A stretch of 64,000 bases of DNA from Eledone cirrhosa (Eukaryota), in contig OZ024740.1 in assembly GCA_964016885.1 (NCBI GenBank), forward strand, positions 135,842,001 through 135,906,000, read 5' to 3'. This document shows positions 51,685 through 64,000 of this stretch, piece after piece (the stretch's first letter is position 1; each line of letters begins with the position of its first letter). The translations under genes and the position numbers were made by a program. The notes below the pieces were generated by a model. The model was not told the DNA's origin and made no database searches. It saw only the letters and a list, made by a program, of their open reading frames with translations.

Positions 51685-52632
51685 CTAGCAGTGTATCCCG
51701 GCGTTACACGGGTAAGAACATTGGTAATAGCACCTCCAATGAGAAATGTTTATTTGTGAGTGCCTGTTAAAAACTCACGAAAATATACCGACAGGAAACT
51801 TGTTTTATTTGGTGAAAATTAAGAAGTTGAAAGTACAGTTTAGCTGTCTATGTGCATTGTTCATAGAAATATTGTTGAGCCCCTTCTTTTCATACTCCTC
51901 TCTTTTGGCCCTTTGGAGTAAATGTGAAAGAGAAAGTCACAGGTTAAGTTGGCAGAAGGTTCCAGTGTCATAGCAGTAAGGCGTAGGCTACTTACCTCAA
52001 AAGTTCACTCGCACTCTTTCCACTAAGTTACTCTTTCTCTCTATCCTTGCGAATTTCTCACGTAGGCCTGGTGTAGATTTGCACCCGATCCATCTGCCCG
52101 ATACACATGTCCGCTTTGTACGGCTTTTGGAGGAAGGAGTGACCAGCAGTACATCGTTCGGTATTATTACGGAAAGGCATAGCAGAGAATCCCGCGTGAA
52201 CTAACAGCTCGAGAGGAAACTGCTTACCTCGAAGATTCATTCGCCATCGTTCTTGTCAATGCTCCGTTTAGTTGATATTTGTTGGTCTACAGTTAGATGA
52301 ATGGCGCACAAAGGATTAATGTTTATTGACAAGAAGTGGAAACTGGGCTGGCTTGCCTCGCTTATATTATATATTAAAATAACAGATTAAAGTTTAAGCA
52401 AATAATCGCTGCTTTCACCCTTAACGGGATCTTCTGAAACTAAAAAAAATCAATTTGTGAACGCAGAAGTAAATATTTCGAAAAACGTTGCAACCGAAGG
52501 AAAACAGGAAGACGATACTTTTGTTCGCGAAGACGTTCCGTGGCAAAAAACGGAAAATAGCGAACATAATACGTCATCAATGTTTGTCAGAATGTCGTAA
52601 TGCAGACAGCCAGGCATACAGACAGATATTAT
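51685..52632 (-). mobile_element. Non-autonomous Helitron H2, 5' end not seen
   Basis: Minus strand ends CCCG-TGTAACGC-CGGG hairpin then CTAG|T; shares blocks with 23455-25324. Confidence 0.65.
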
Positions 52633-52633
52633 A

Positions 52634-52920
52634 AGTTCGATTCTCGGACCGGTTGATGCGTTGTGTCCTTGAGCAAGACATTTATTTCACGTTGCTCCAG
52701 TTTACTCAGCTGTAGAAATGAGTTGCGACGTCACTGGTGTCAAGCTGTATCGGCCATTGCCTTTCCCTTGGACAACATCGGTGGCGTGGAGAGGGGAGAC
52801 TGGTATGCATGGGCGACTGCTGGTTTTTTAAATTAAATTTTGCCCAAACTTGTTCCTCGGAGGGAAACTTTCTATGTGCAAATCCCATGGTCACTTGTGA
52901 CCGAAGGGGGGTCTTTACCT
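52634..52920 (+). mobile_element. CORE-type SINE, 5'-truncated
   Basis: GTTCGATTC B box, then GTGTCCTTGAGCAAGACATTTATTTCACGTTGCTCCAGTTTACTCAGCTGTAGAAATGAG. Confidence 0.75.
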
Positions 52921-54119
52921 ATATATATATATATATATATATATACATTAAAAATAGATTTTTCTTTTTAATCTTTAATAGAGTAAAATGCAGTAAGCTG
53001 AATTTTTGGAATATCATGAACCAGAACTACACAGACTGGATTATAAAATAAATATATGTTGGTTAAAATTTGTCATGGATAGAAACATTTCTACTTATGT
53101 AAGGTCACTCGATTTTGTTGCCGATTTTTCTGAAAACTTTTCTGAAAACCAAAAATTTGTCAGACAGTAGTATAAACTGGGGTCGATTTTGATTTGTTAA
53201 AGTAAAAAAAAAAAAAAAAACCTTTTTAACCCTGATCGAGCAGATAAAAGTTATAATCAAAAACTTCTCGGCCTTATACCGTTTTTTTTTTCGGATGTAA
53301 TGTAATCCCGATCAACAGCCCCAATGTATTTTTTTACAGACTTTTTTACAGTTATCTCCACCAGGTCGATTGACCACATCAATACTCCCTCATTGGCTAA
53401 ATCGATATGTAGATTCGCCGAGTACAAGTGTAATATTCTAGTGTGCACAGTATTAGGCTAACACTTCATTGTAATCTGGCTTGGTTTACTCAGTTGTGGA
53501 GAAGAGGTAGTAAAAGTAAATAGAACTGGCTATCTATTAAACTGTCAATCAATTGATTCTGTTTATCCTACTAGCGTAAGCTACGTTGTATAGCGAGAAA
53601 GCCATACATATCACTACTTAGGTATTTTGCTTTATGTAAGAAGTCAATATGTAGATTATTGATACATGTGGATCAAATGCAGATAATGAGCAAATGGTTT
53701 AGATGAAAAACGTAACAGATCGCTGTTATAGCCGGTGCCTGAGTATTTAAAACTCTAGGCTAGCGCTACAATGTACATCCTATTCTCCCATATAAAATAA
53801 CTTCATCTTAAAGTTTCATAAGCTGATGAACATAGTTTTTGACACTAAGAAAATTACCCTGTCTACATTTTCTACTACACAGTCTACAGTCAGCTCATAA
53901 CACTATACGATTCTCTTCACCACTTTATATATTTCCACAACGTTGCTATGCGGTAAAGATATTTAGCGAGTTATTTATTGATTGCAGGAAATTATGATTT
54001 TCTATATTTAATACAACTTTGTATAAAACTGTGGTCCTTTAAGGATCAGTAATGCGCCCTTCTGATGTCTGCATCCTAGGCAACTGTCTAGCTGGCCCTA
54101 ATGATAGCGCCAGTTCTGA

Positions 54120-54335
54120 GTGGATTGGCTGTCTCGGTAGAGCGTCGGGCACCATGCTTCGTAGCATAGCGTTACGTACCTTTACGTTCTGAATTCAAAT
54201 CTGGCCGAGGATAGCTTTGCCTTTCATCCATACGGGGTCAATAAAATAAAATATCAGTAAACACTGAGGTCGATTATATCAAGTTTCCCCTTCCCTTCAA
54301 ATTGCAGGCCTTGTGTCTATAGTAGAAACAAGTAT
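54120..54335 (+). mobile_element. Family A-related SINE
   Basis: Head, core and tail present. Confidence 0.8.
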
Positions 54336-54759
54336 TTAGTCTCTTTACTTTATGTTCTGATTTAAATCGTGTCGATCTCGACTCCTTGCGTTGGATGTTT
54401 TGGTTTATAACACATTCTCTACATAAATCAGTACTATATCTAGACAAAATAAATCAATATATTTAATGTTTAAAAAGTTCATTGTAGCTTATGTTACAAT
54501 CATAGCACCCAAACTACATAATCCTGTTTTATGAAATATCAAATTTAGAACAATTTTGATAAGTCATTTCCGATAAATACATTTTAGCTTATATCTGATA
54601 GTAAACTGATCTTTGCGACAACAACAATAGTAATCGTTCTATTATTAGCCAGAAGGGATCATACATTCACACAAAGGAAACGTTAAAACATGTATGGGAA
54701 TGAACAAGATATAAAACAATGAGAGGAGTAAGAACGTTATTTTATGAACATATTACAAA

Positions 54760-55543
54760 TCTAAACTATAATAAAGAAGCGCGGGACTGCGTACGGTTTA
54801 TAATTTATCCTCTTAGTAAAATAAGTTGGATTAGTTTGAATAAATAATGAATGAATATTATATAATTTATCTACTAAATTTCGTGGCTGTTCATTAAATA
54901 TATTTTATTACTTATTTAAAGATTCACTTCTTTAAAATTTTCAAATGTCAACACTTCCGGTTAGCGATCGTTTAAATAAATATTCATATGAGAGTATTGA
55001 AGCTTGCTTGAAGCATTGTGGAATAATAAGGTAAATTTCTTTAAGTCGTTTGGAAGCCTCGACAATGCAAATGGGTAAATCTCCGGGTAACAAAATCCGG
55101 TGGTGGAGAGAGAGATGTAAGTGGGTGTACGTTGAGATGCGTGGCGTGTATAAGACGTGTAGAGGAATGAAGGAAAGAGCGTAAAGGATAAAAATAAAAA
55201 TAACAACACGAGAGGGAGTTACCTTGGGAGAGATTTAATTGTCCCTATATATTTCGGATTCACAACTGGCGGTTTTTTCCGGGGAAAATATTCATATATT
55301 TCTGTCACTAATTTTCTCCTAATGCAGTTTATATATAATATCGTCTTTTTTTAATGTATCATGGATTACGTTACTGATTACATAAGACAGCGTAACACAG
55401 TCTTCGTTCAATTTCTGTGTATATTGTCATTTACGATTTTATTTGATGTATGATATCTACATGCATATGTACTTGCGTATAATATCAATATACACACTAT
55501 ACATGCTGGCAGAAAACCACCCCTCGGGTGGTTTTTCTGCTAG
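54760..55543 (+). mobile_element. Non-autonomous Helitron H1, copy c, with extra internal segment
   Basis: A|TCTAAACTATAATAAAG start; hairpin and CTAG|T end. Confidence 0.85.
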
Positions 55544-57726
55544 TTTGATATAATTTAAAAACACAGAATAAATACCAGACCTGTAAACTCCCCCCGCCCG
55601 ACGGGGAGATCACCCACCCACTTTGGGGTGGGTAAGGGATGTCTTCTCTTGTGATAATGATTAGAACTTTCCCCCATTTTGCCTCATTTCTCCCCGTTTT
55701 TGGGGCACCTTTATTTTCATGGTACTCCCCGTTTGGGCTTTTAGAGGTTGGCAAGTCCGAAATACATGCATATATATAAAACACACACTTGTTATAACAA
55801 GCTGTAACTTAAATAAAACGTGAAACAATAATTGAATAAACTCAGACCTGGCGCTACTATTAGGCCAACTAGGCAGTACTCTGGGGCGCAGATCTCAGAA
55901 AGGCACATTTGAACATTAAAGGATCATAGTTTTATACAAATTTGTATAATTAGATTGAATATATAATAATTTCTTGAGATCAATAAATAAATCACTAAAC
56001 ATCTTTGCTGTGCAGCAGTGATATGGAAATATCCAAAACGATGGTGAGAACCATGTGGTGTTATGACCTGTCACATGATTTGACATGGGTGAATATGGAT
56101 TGTAGAGTAGAAAATGCAGGCTCAGAAAATTTTCTTAGTGTGGTCAAAGGAAGAAGTGTTAAAAACTAGGTTTGTCAGCTTACTAAACAGTAAGTTGAAA
56201 TAATTTTTCTCTATTCTCTATTCTCTTAATCCACGTAATTTTCCGTTCCAAATCGATATACGGAATGACGTTATCAAGGGATTTTCGTTTAACAGAAAAG
56301 AGAGAGGAGAGAGAGAGAAAGAAAAAAAAAAAGAGAGAGAGAGAGAGAGAGAGTACGGGTTTCTTAGGCAATTGTCCATCGTCTTCATCATCTTCACTAA
56401 CTCTGATGTCACCAACAAGAGCTTGCCGTAGTAGAGATGAGAGAAATGCTGTACACTAATTTAACACTAACTTAACTATAGTTTTTCATGCACATAACGT
56501 CTCTGAGTATTTCTTTAGGTAATGTATGTATGTACCCGTAACTTCTGGTAGAATGATAGGGGCGCCGTAGTGGCATGCAGCATCTCTTTGGCATTTTAAA
56601 ACCTGGTAGAACCCATCTCCTTTCCATGTCTCAACACAGCACATTTCTTCCAGAGACGGATTGTGAGTGAGCGAGAGAAGTGAGATTGAGGAAGAATCGA
56701 CCCCAGTATTAGACTGGTACTTTTTTATCGACTTCGAAAGGACGAAAGGCAAAGTTGACCTTGGCGAAATTTGAACTCAGAAAGAAGTGAGTCGGAACGA
56801 ATACTACAAAGCATTCTTTCCGACATTCTAAAGACTCTGCCAATTCGCGGCTTCTATCAATTTTTCAACGTGAACTGGTGTGCAGTATTGACATTTACTG
56901 TTTTTCTTTATGCGAATGGCGCCTCTGAGTAATCTACACTCTGAATTATCTTTAATATGATGTGCGATAGATAGTATAATGATAAGTATGTTGAAAGTGT
57001 TGGTGTCGTTTAGTAGTGCGATATTTAGCAGTCGGACATAAAATCGAAATAAGTTCATTTAGAAGAGAAATAGGACAAAAAAATCTATACGCCCAGTAGT
57101 TTGTGGTAGTTATAACAAATTGCTGCAACAAAATACACTCTACTAAAACTTATCATTAAATGAAACTGAAATATCACAAGCACAACTTTGCACAGAGCAA
57201 AAAAAATAAATTAGTTGAAAATATTTTAAAAGAAGGAAGAATTACATTGCTAATACATAGTGAGTAGTTAGGATTGGTGACTGTCGAGTTTTGTTGATAA
57301 AAAATAACTAAGTGGCTGACATAAAATATTAATTTTTCAAACAGTTCAGGCAAAGAAATATACCAGAATATATTAGGAAAAAATTATTGTGTAATGATTG
57401 TGTTTTATATAAGCTTATATGTTTTCATTTATTATAGAATTCGCGATCAATCTGGGTGTGTTTGGTTGAAACTACATCTAGATTAGTTGATTTGTAGTAC
57501 ACATCCATTTTTTGTGTTTCTCATTCACCTTTTCTGTTAACAAATATTTTTTCTCGAAAGGAAAATATTTTATACAAGAATTATGTAATACTGCTTCTTC
57601 GTGAGAATGATGATAACTGGTAGCTTTTCTCACATGTTACAGATCACTAATAAACTTAATTATTTATTCCACACTCTGTAATACAGGTAACTGATAAAGT
57701 CAGATATTTACTTCCTACTATGTACT

Positions 57727-58000
57727 CAGAGGCGTAACTAAGGTATGGCAAGCATATCACCTGGCATGGGTGCCACACGAAGTGGGGTGCCACTTGGACT
57801 ATGAGTATGTTCTATCCCGTCGGATAGTGAAAAAACAAATTCCTGAACTGTCTCTGATTATCATGGGTGAGAACACTATCGTGGCTGGATCATTAAACCA
57901 TTTATATAAATTATTAGGCCCATAGGTAAAAATACAGTGCTGGGCAGGGGCGTAATTTCACTGCTTGTCATAGGCGCTATTTTCCCTAGTTATGCCTCTG
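57727..58000. mobile_element. hAT MITE
   Basis: TIR CAGAGGCGTAACTA/TAGTTATGCCTCTG; 8-bp TSD TATGTACT/TGTGTACT. Confidence 0.85.
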
Positions 58001-58287
58001 TGTGTACTGCTACAGACAACTACTAATAAAACTAATGATTTAATCAACACTTTGTACTTCTAAGCGGGTGAAAGGTTGTTAACTCCGGATAAAAATAATT
58101 GTTTGTCATAGTAATAATCAGAATTCCTGGTATTATTTTTTTAACAGTTGCATAGGTACATTTAATTAAATGTTACCTGCCACTGATTTGAACCTGAGAA
58201 CCACAAAACCGCAACCCAATGACTTATCCACTCGGCTATTTCATCTCTACTTCATAGCTGCCATGTGTACATTATTTACCTTCGAGT

Positions 58288-58609
58288 TCAAATGCCGCCG
58301 AGGTTAAATTTGTCTTTCATCCTTACGGGGTCGATAAAATAAAGTAACAGTCACGCACAGTCCCCCCCCCCCCATTACTGGCCTTGTGCCTATAGTAGAA
58401 ATCATTATTTTCATTACTAAAGGGGCCGTGGATTGGCAGTATCGGTAGAGTGTTGGACACCATGCTTTGCAGCATAGAGTTACGGCCCTTTATGATCTGA
58501 GTTCAAATCCCGCCGAGGTTAACTTTGCCTTTCATCCTTACGGGGTCGATAAAATAAAGTACCAGTAATGTACTAGGTAATTGCTGGCCATGTGCCAAAA
58601 GTAGAAACA
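58288..58609 (+). mobile_element. Family A SINE dimer (truncated plus full-length)
   Basis: Two cores; both enclosed by ATTATTTACCTTCGAGT at 58271-58287 and 58610-58626. Confidence 0.85.
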
Positions 58610-59149
58610 ATTATTTACCTTCGAGTCTGATTAAAAGCGATTGACATCTAGGTTTCTATTGTCGTTCTTCTCATGAATAAAAGACAATTTGATTTGTATA
58701 TTTTTTTTATGTGAACATTTAAACGTAAGCTTGACAAGAGAGCGTCTATATATATTTCAACTGACCTTTGCTTAAATGAATGTGCCACCTTCTACAAACA
58801 GCTTTTTAATTTAAATAAAGAGAAATGACAGCACCACCCCCGCTCCAAAAAGATAATAATAAAGAAATATTTATTTTTGTTATTGATTGGCTCCAAGTCA
58901 TCACTAATCAAGAAACATTATAATCAAAGATGTTTGATCTGCCATTGTCCAATCTTGTCCAATGTGTTCTTCCTATTATTTAAGCAGGCATTGTATAATT
59001 TGAGGAAGATTTTGCCTCTATTTCTAGTAGATAGATCGCATAGTCTCGAGAAATATTTATTAATTTTGACTGGATCGGCTCGTTGAAGAAGAAAATATTG
59101 TTGATCAAATTAACTTGAGTAAATGTCTTAAAATATTCCAGTGTTCAAC

Positions 59150-59450
59150 GAAAGATTAAGGCCGAAATCGACACCACCTAAGTGATCAAGCATTACGCGG
59201 GCAAGTGTACTCTTAGTTTTCAGGGAGATTTACCGCGACATTGTATGTGACAAAGCTGGCCCTTTAAATTACCGACACAGCCCATCCACTGGATTTCCAC
59301 ACAGTTTTCCGTCTACCCAACTCCACTTACAACGTTTGGGTCGACTCGAGGCTGTGGTAAATATCACTTGTCCAAGATGCCGCGCAGTGGGATCGAACCC
59401 AGGACCTAATGATTGCGAGAACACCTTAACCATTTGGCTATACCGCGGCC
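59150..59450 (-). mobile_element. tRNA-derived CORE-type SINE
   Basis: Minus strand has TAGCCAAATGG and GGTTCGATCCC, then CTTGGACAAGTG core-like sequence. Confidence 0.65.
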
Positions 59451-59547
59451 ACAGAACGTTGAACTAAAAACTGTCAATTACTTATGTCTTGAGAATCTTT
59501 GCAAGACAAATTGAGTAAAATGTAAAATATCTATGTATGTATGGAAC

Positions 59548-59830
<283 letters not shown>

Positions 59831-60958
59831 TATGGATCCGTAACTCCATATGCAGTCTTAGGGGCGCTGTAGAGGCATATAGCCTGTCTTGTGTATTTAA
59901 ACATGGCGGGTCCCATCCCTTTGCGGGTCTGAATACGGTAGGAAAGAGAGGTTGAGAGATTGAGAGAAGGGAAGTGAAAAAGAGATAGAAAGAAAGAACA
60001 GATACCAGCAATGTACTGGTGTATTTTTGTTGACCTCGGAAGGATGAAAGGCAGAGTTGACCTCATACATCTGCATACGAAGTCATAAAATAAATATAGA
60101 TCCTCTGCTTACTCTAAAGTTCCAGGCCAACAGTGACGGTTAAAAGAACATTAATCGCAGAATAAGATCAATATCTACACACCAACATTAAAACATAAAA
60201 AGTAATTATAAAATACCTGACAGTTATGCCGAAATTAGTTGATTGCATTGTTTCTAAATGTCAAAACTGAGGTAAGCCAACTAGATTAGCTGTCAAAACA
60301 AGTTAGCTTTTTACGCACTACAACCCAATGGTGAGTTAAGCAGGAACTGACTGGGCTGTAGTTAGGGAGTTACAGTATCTAACGGGCCCCAAATCATTTC
60401 CCTCTTCTTTTATATTTATGTTTTTTAGATATAAATTATGTTTATATGCTAACGTTTGTTTGACGCAAGGCCCCCTATGAAATGTTATGCCATGCGCCCC
60501 ACTCAAGCTTAACCTGCTCCTGCTACAAAGAGAACTATTATTACTAAATGAATACAGGCATATATCATAAACAGCGATGAGGAGATGACTAAGCTCTCAT
60601 GGTCTGGACACGAGGTATCTATTCGAAAAAAAAAAAAAAATATAGACAAATTGTAGCATTTATTGTCAAAGATTATCCAAGCGAGAAATGACAACTGAGA
60701 ATAAAAACAAAGATAATGACAGATGCTTATTTCATATCAAACCTACCTTGAAGGATGAAATGTAAAGTCAAATCCTATGGAATTTGAATTCTAACTGTTG
60801 AGCAACGAAATCGGATACTGTTAAGTATTTAAGCATTGAAATAAGTGATAACATATTTAATGTGGTTTCGATAATAACTTTAACTAATCGTATCACGGTG
60901 AGATAAACAATGTTGAACAATGCTTAGCAAAATCACAGACAAGGGTGACAACTCAAAA

Positions 60959-61016
<58 letters not shown>

Positions 61017-63673
61017 AAGTGATTTGACATACCCTAGTCTGAACGAATTAGAACCAGAAATAAGCACTGCAACGAGAGAAGGTATGGTCTGATCTTTAGC
61101 AGATGCGGTGACAACTCTTGACAAGTTTTAGAGCTCCTCGGTGAATCAGCCATTCATATGCCTACTAAACCAATGGAACTAGAGAAATATATAAGAATTT
61201 AGTTTGCCGTTCAACTGTTTCTGCTATAAACCATCTACACCCATAAATTAATATTAATTTCTATCTTTGGCTCATGGCCATGAATTTGCGGTGGAAAAGC
61301 CAGTACAATATTCATACTTAGTTTAATGACCTTCGCGGATTGAAAAGTAAACCGAGTTTGCTGAAATTTGAGTTCAGGACATTACTAGATATTAAATTCA
61401 TTTACTTTGGCACTGAACAAGTTCTGCCACTTCACTTTCTCTAGCCTAACAATAATATTAAATATAGACAAACCTACGAGGGGGACTTCTACACGGTCAC
61501 TCGTCCTTCTAGAAATAGCAGCCAAATCTCATTTTAATCAAAGTTTGATACGCATAGTAGTAGATACATTAGGGATGACAAAAACGATAGAATTATAATA
61601 GCTTCGATCATAGGTCTTTCGGCTCAGAGACGACCTACATCTAATCAATAGCAACAACAATAACTAAACAAAGTAGAGAGCTGATTAATACCGTTACCAA
61701 GCTAGCTGTGGTATACATGATCACAACTTTTAAAAACATTCATAGCGAGACTCTGGTATGTTTATCATACATAAACATATAGTGTATACTTGTATATGAC
61801 GGTAGTGGGCTCCTTAGATTAAGAGTTAAGTTCTCGGTGAAGTGAATCTGTGACAGAGTTTTGATTCCCGTTTGTAGTTCTTCACATCACTTACCTCTTT
61901 AATATCACTGAAAAAGGCATGAATGTTGCACAACCTACACATTTCCCATACAATCCGTGTCTTAGTGTACGTACAGTATACATCCTTTCATAAACACTAT
62001 TAATAAATCAAAATAATTGATAGTTTTTGGTTTATTTTTATAGCTTAATCAAAGGGAAAATAGTAGCGTCTCTGACCCTTTTAAGGACTTTTGATACTGT
62101 TGGGAAGAAGGGAAGAAGTTATATTTATACCGAAGATCTGGCACGAATGATAGCAACAGAATGGATTCTTCTAAATGCACACCGAGACACAAGACAGTAG
62201 ATTTCTTTTCTTCCTCACGGCACAAAATTTATTCCACTATTCCAACATTTATTCAACTCTCCCCGTCCGACGGGAAGATCTCCCATCCACTTTGGGGTGG
62301 GTGAGAGATGTCTTCTCTTGTGAAAATGGGTATAGCTTTCATTTCTCCCCGTTTTGAGGCACTTTTTTCATGGTAATCCCCGTTTGGATTTTTAGAGGAT
62401 GGCAGGTCTACTATTCGAATTATTTGTATTACTTTTTGCCAATAGAGATCATCACTAGTAATGCTTGAACGTTTCGTTTTTATCGGATAGTAGGGAAAAC
62501 ACATGGTTATGATCATTTAGAGAAAGCCGGTAAAATGTAAATTAGAAATACAAGAGTGAAAAGTAGGATAACGCAAGGAAAACAAAACAATGAGTTACAC
62601 TTTTACTTTATATTCAGTATTTAGAGGATGAATATGTTATTTAATTTTAAAAATATCAGAAAATGTGTTATATTCATTTTGTCTCTTTTTCTAGATCTTT
62701 TAGCTGATACTATTGGTATAAAATCAGATTTTATTTATATTTTATTATTATATTTTATATATTTAATTTCCGCATTACGTTTATATTTATAATTAAATAT
62801 CTTATCTAATTATTAGATATTTAATTTAATTATTAAATATGTTGTATTTACAGTAAGAGATTTAACAATAGTGGGTTCTCAGTACAAAATGTTACATCAG
62901 ATAGAAGCAAAAAGCAAGCTAACAAGCTGCACACAAATGTTAAGATATCAAAATTTGATGAATAATCAAATAGATTATCTTTCTCCCAGGACATTCCCGA
63001 AATATAAGAAAATATCAAATGTGATGTAATCTTATGATTGTTTCATGGTCCCAGTGGGCGGAATGATAAATACTTTAATTCGGAGGATGGTGAGAGATGT
63101 GCTGAAATAGTCAGTACAACTCGCTGGGTTAGTTCTGGCGGTTGATCATCTCCATCGAAATCGAATAAGTAAGAAAGTGGTTCGTGGAAACAGAGCGCCA
63201 GATGTTTCCACCGTTATGGTTCAGACGAGAGACGTATCAGAGAGCAGCCGTTAATTTGTGATAGACAAAAAATATATAAAATGATAAAGAAAAATATCAA
63301 AATCGAATATTTATTCCTATAGGAATGTTTCTCTTTCTCTGTCTAAAATTGGTGCTTATAATGCATAATATCATTACTTTAATAAAGGATTTGTATCATA
63401 CACATAATACCACACAGTTTGGAGGAAGGCACAGTTGATTAAATCAAACTAGTATATTACTGATACCTATGGCGGTTTGACGTTGTGTAAACTGGGCTGT
63501 AGTCAAAGGCTCCACAATATTTAAAGGGCGCCAAATTTATTTCTTTGCTATCATAAATAATATACAAGAGACCCGATTAAATGTTCGGCCAGGGAGTCCC
63601 ATGCAAACTAGATCCACTTCTGACTAACGCTGTATTATCGGTCTCTGAAACACGGTCAATCCTGGAATCCCAT

Positions 63674-63857
63674 TAGCAGTATCGATAGAGGGTCTGACGC
63701 CATGCTTTACAGCAAAAGATTTACGGCCCTTTATGGTCTGAGTTCAAATCCCGCCGAGGTTAACTTTGCCTTTCATCCTTACGGGGTCGATAAAATAAAG
63801 TACCAGTAATGCACTGGGATAATTGCTGGCCTTGTGCCAAAAGTAGAAACAATTATT
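63674..63857 (+). mobile_element. Family A SINE
   Basis: Conserved B-box, core and tail. Confidence 0.88.
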
Positions 63858-64000
63858 TGATGCAAACATTTGCAAGGTATTTTGTCAAGAATTCTATCAT
63901 GTGCCATGATAATACTGATTTCTAATTTAGACACAAGGTCAAAAAATCTTGGGTGAAAGGCAAACTTGATTAAACCAACCTCAGTATTTGACTGGTACTG

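Noticed and set aside
53257-53448. KKYIGAVDR similarity to the piggyBac YNxxMGGVD motif
   Set aside because: Too short and degenerate to call without a search.

Overview
AT-rich, repeat-dense eukaryotic DNA with no recognisable host protein-coding exon. The SINE/RTE repertoire and microsatellite load resemble an octopod cephalopod (inference only). All long ORFs belong to non-LTR retrotransposons: two inverted 5'-truncated RTE copies with a PHD-like finger inside the RT region, a young L1/Tx1-type ORF2 in a (TA)n tract, a CRE-clade 3' end nested in a decayed R4/Dong-like element, and a decayed Penelope-like fragment. Around them are many tRNA-derived SINEs, non-autonomous Helitrons, and hAT- and piggyBac-like MITEs. 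The most notable non-coding signals are: (i) type I hammerhead ribozyme motifs, including a near-perfect one at 13907-14002 and two inside a 377-bp near-perfect palindrome at 39804-40180; (ii) a (TA)n insertion hotspot at 39.4-42.6 kb bracketed by an unexplained 19-bp inverted repeat; (iii) a CpG-poor to CpG-rich switch near 30.8 kb which, with a minus-strand splice donor and CCAAT box, suggests the left half is the methylated intron of a minus-strand gene. All calls are by eye; no database searches or folding programs were run.
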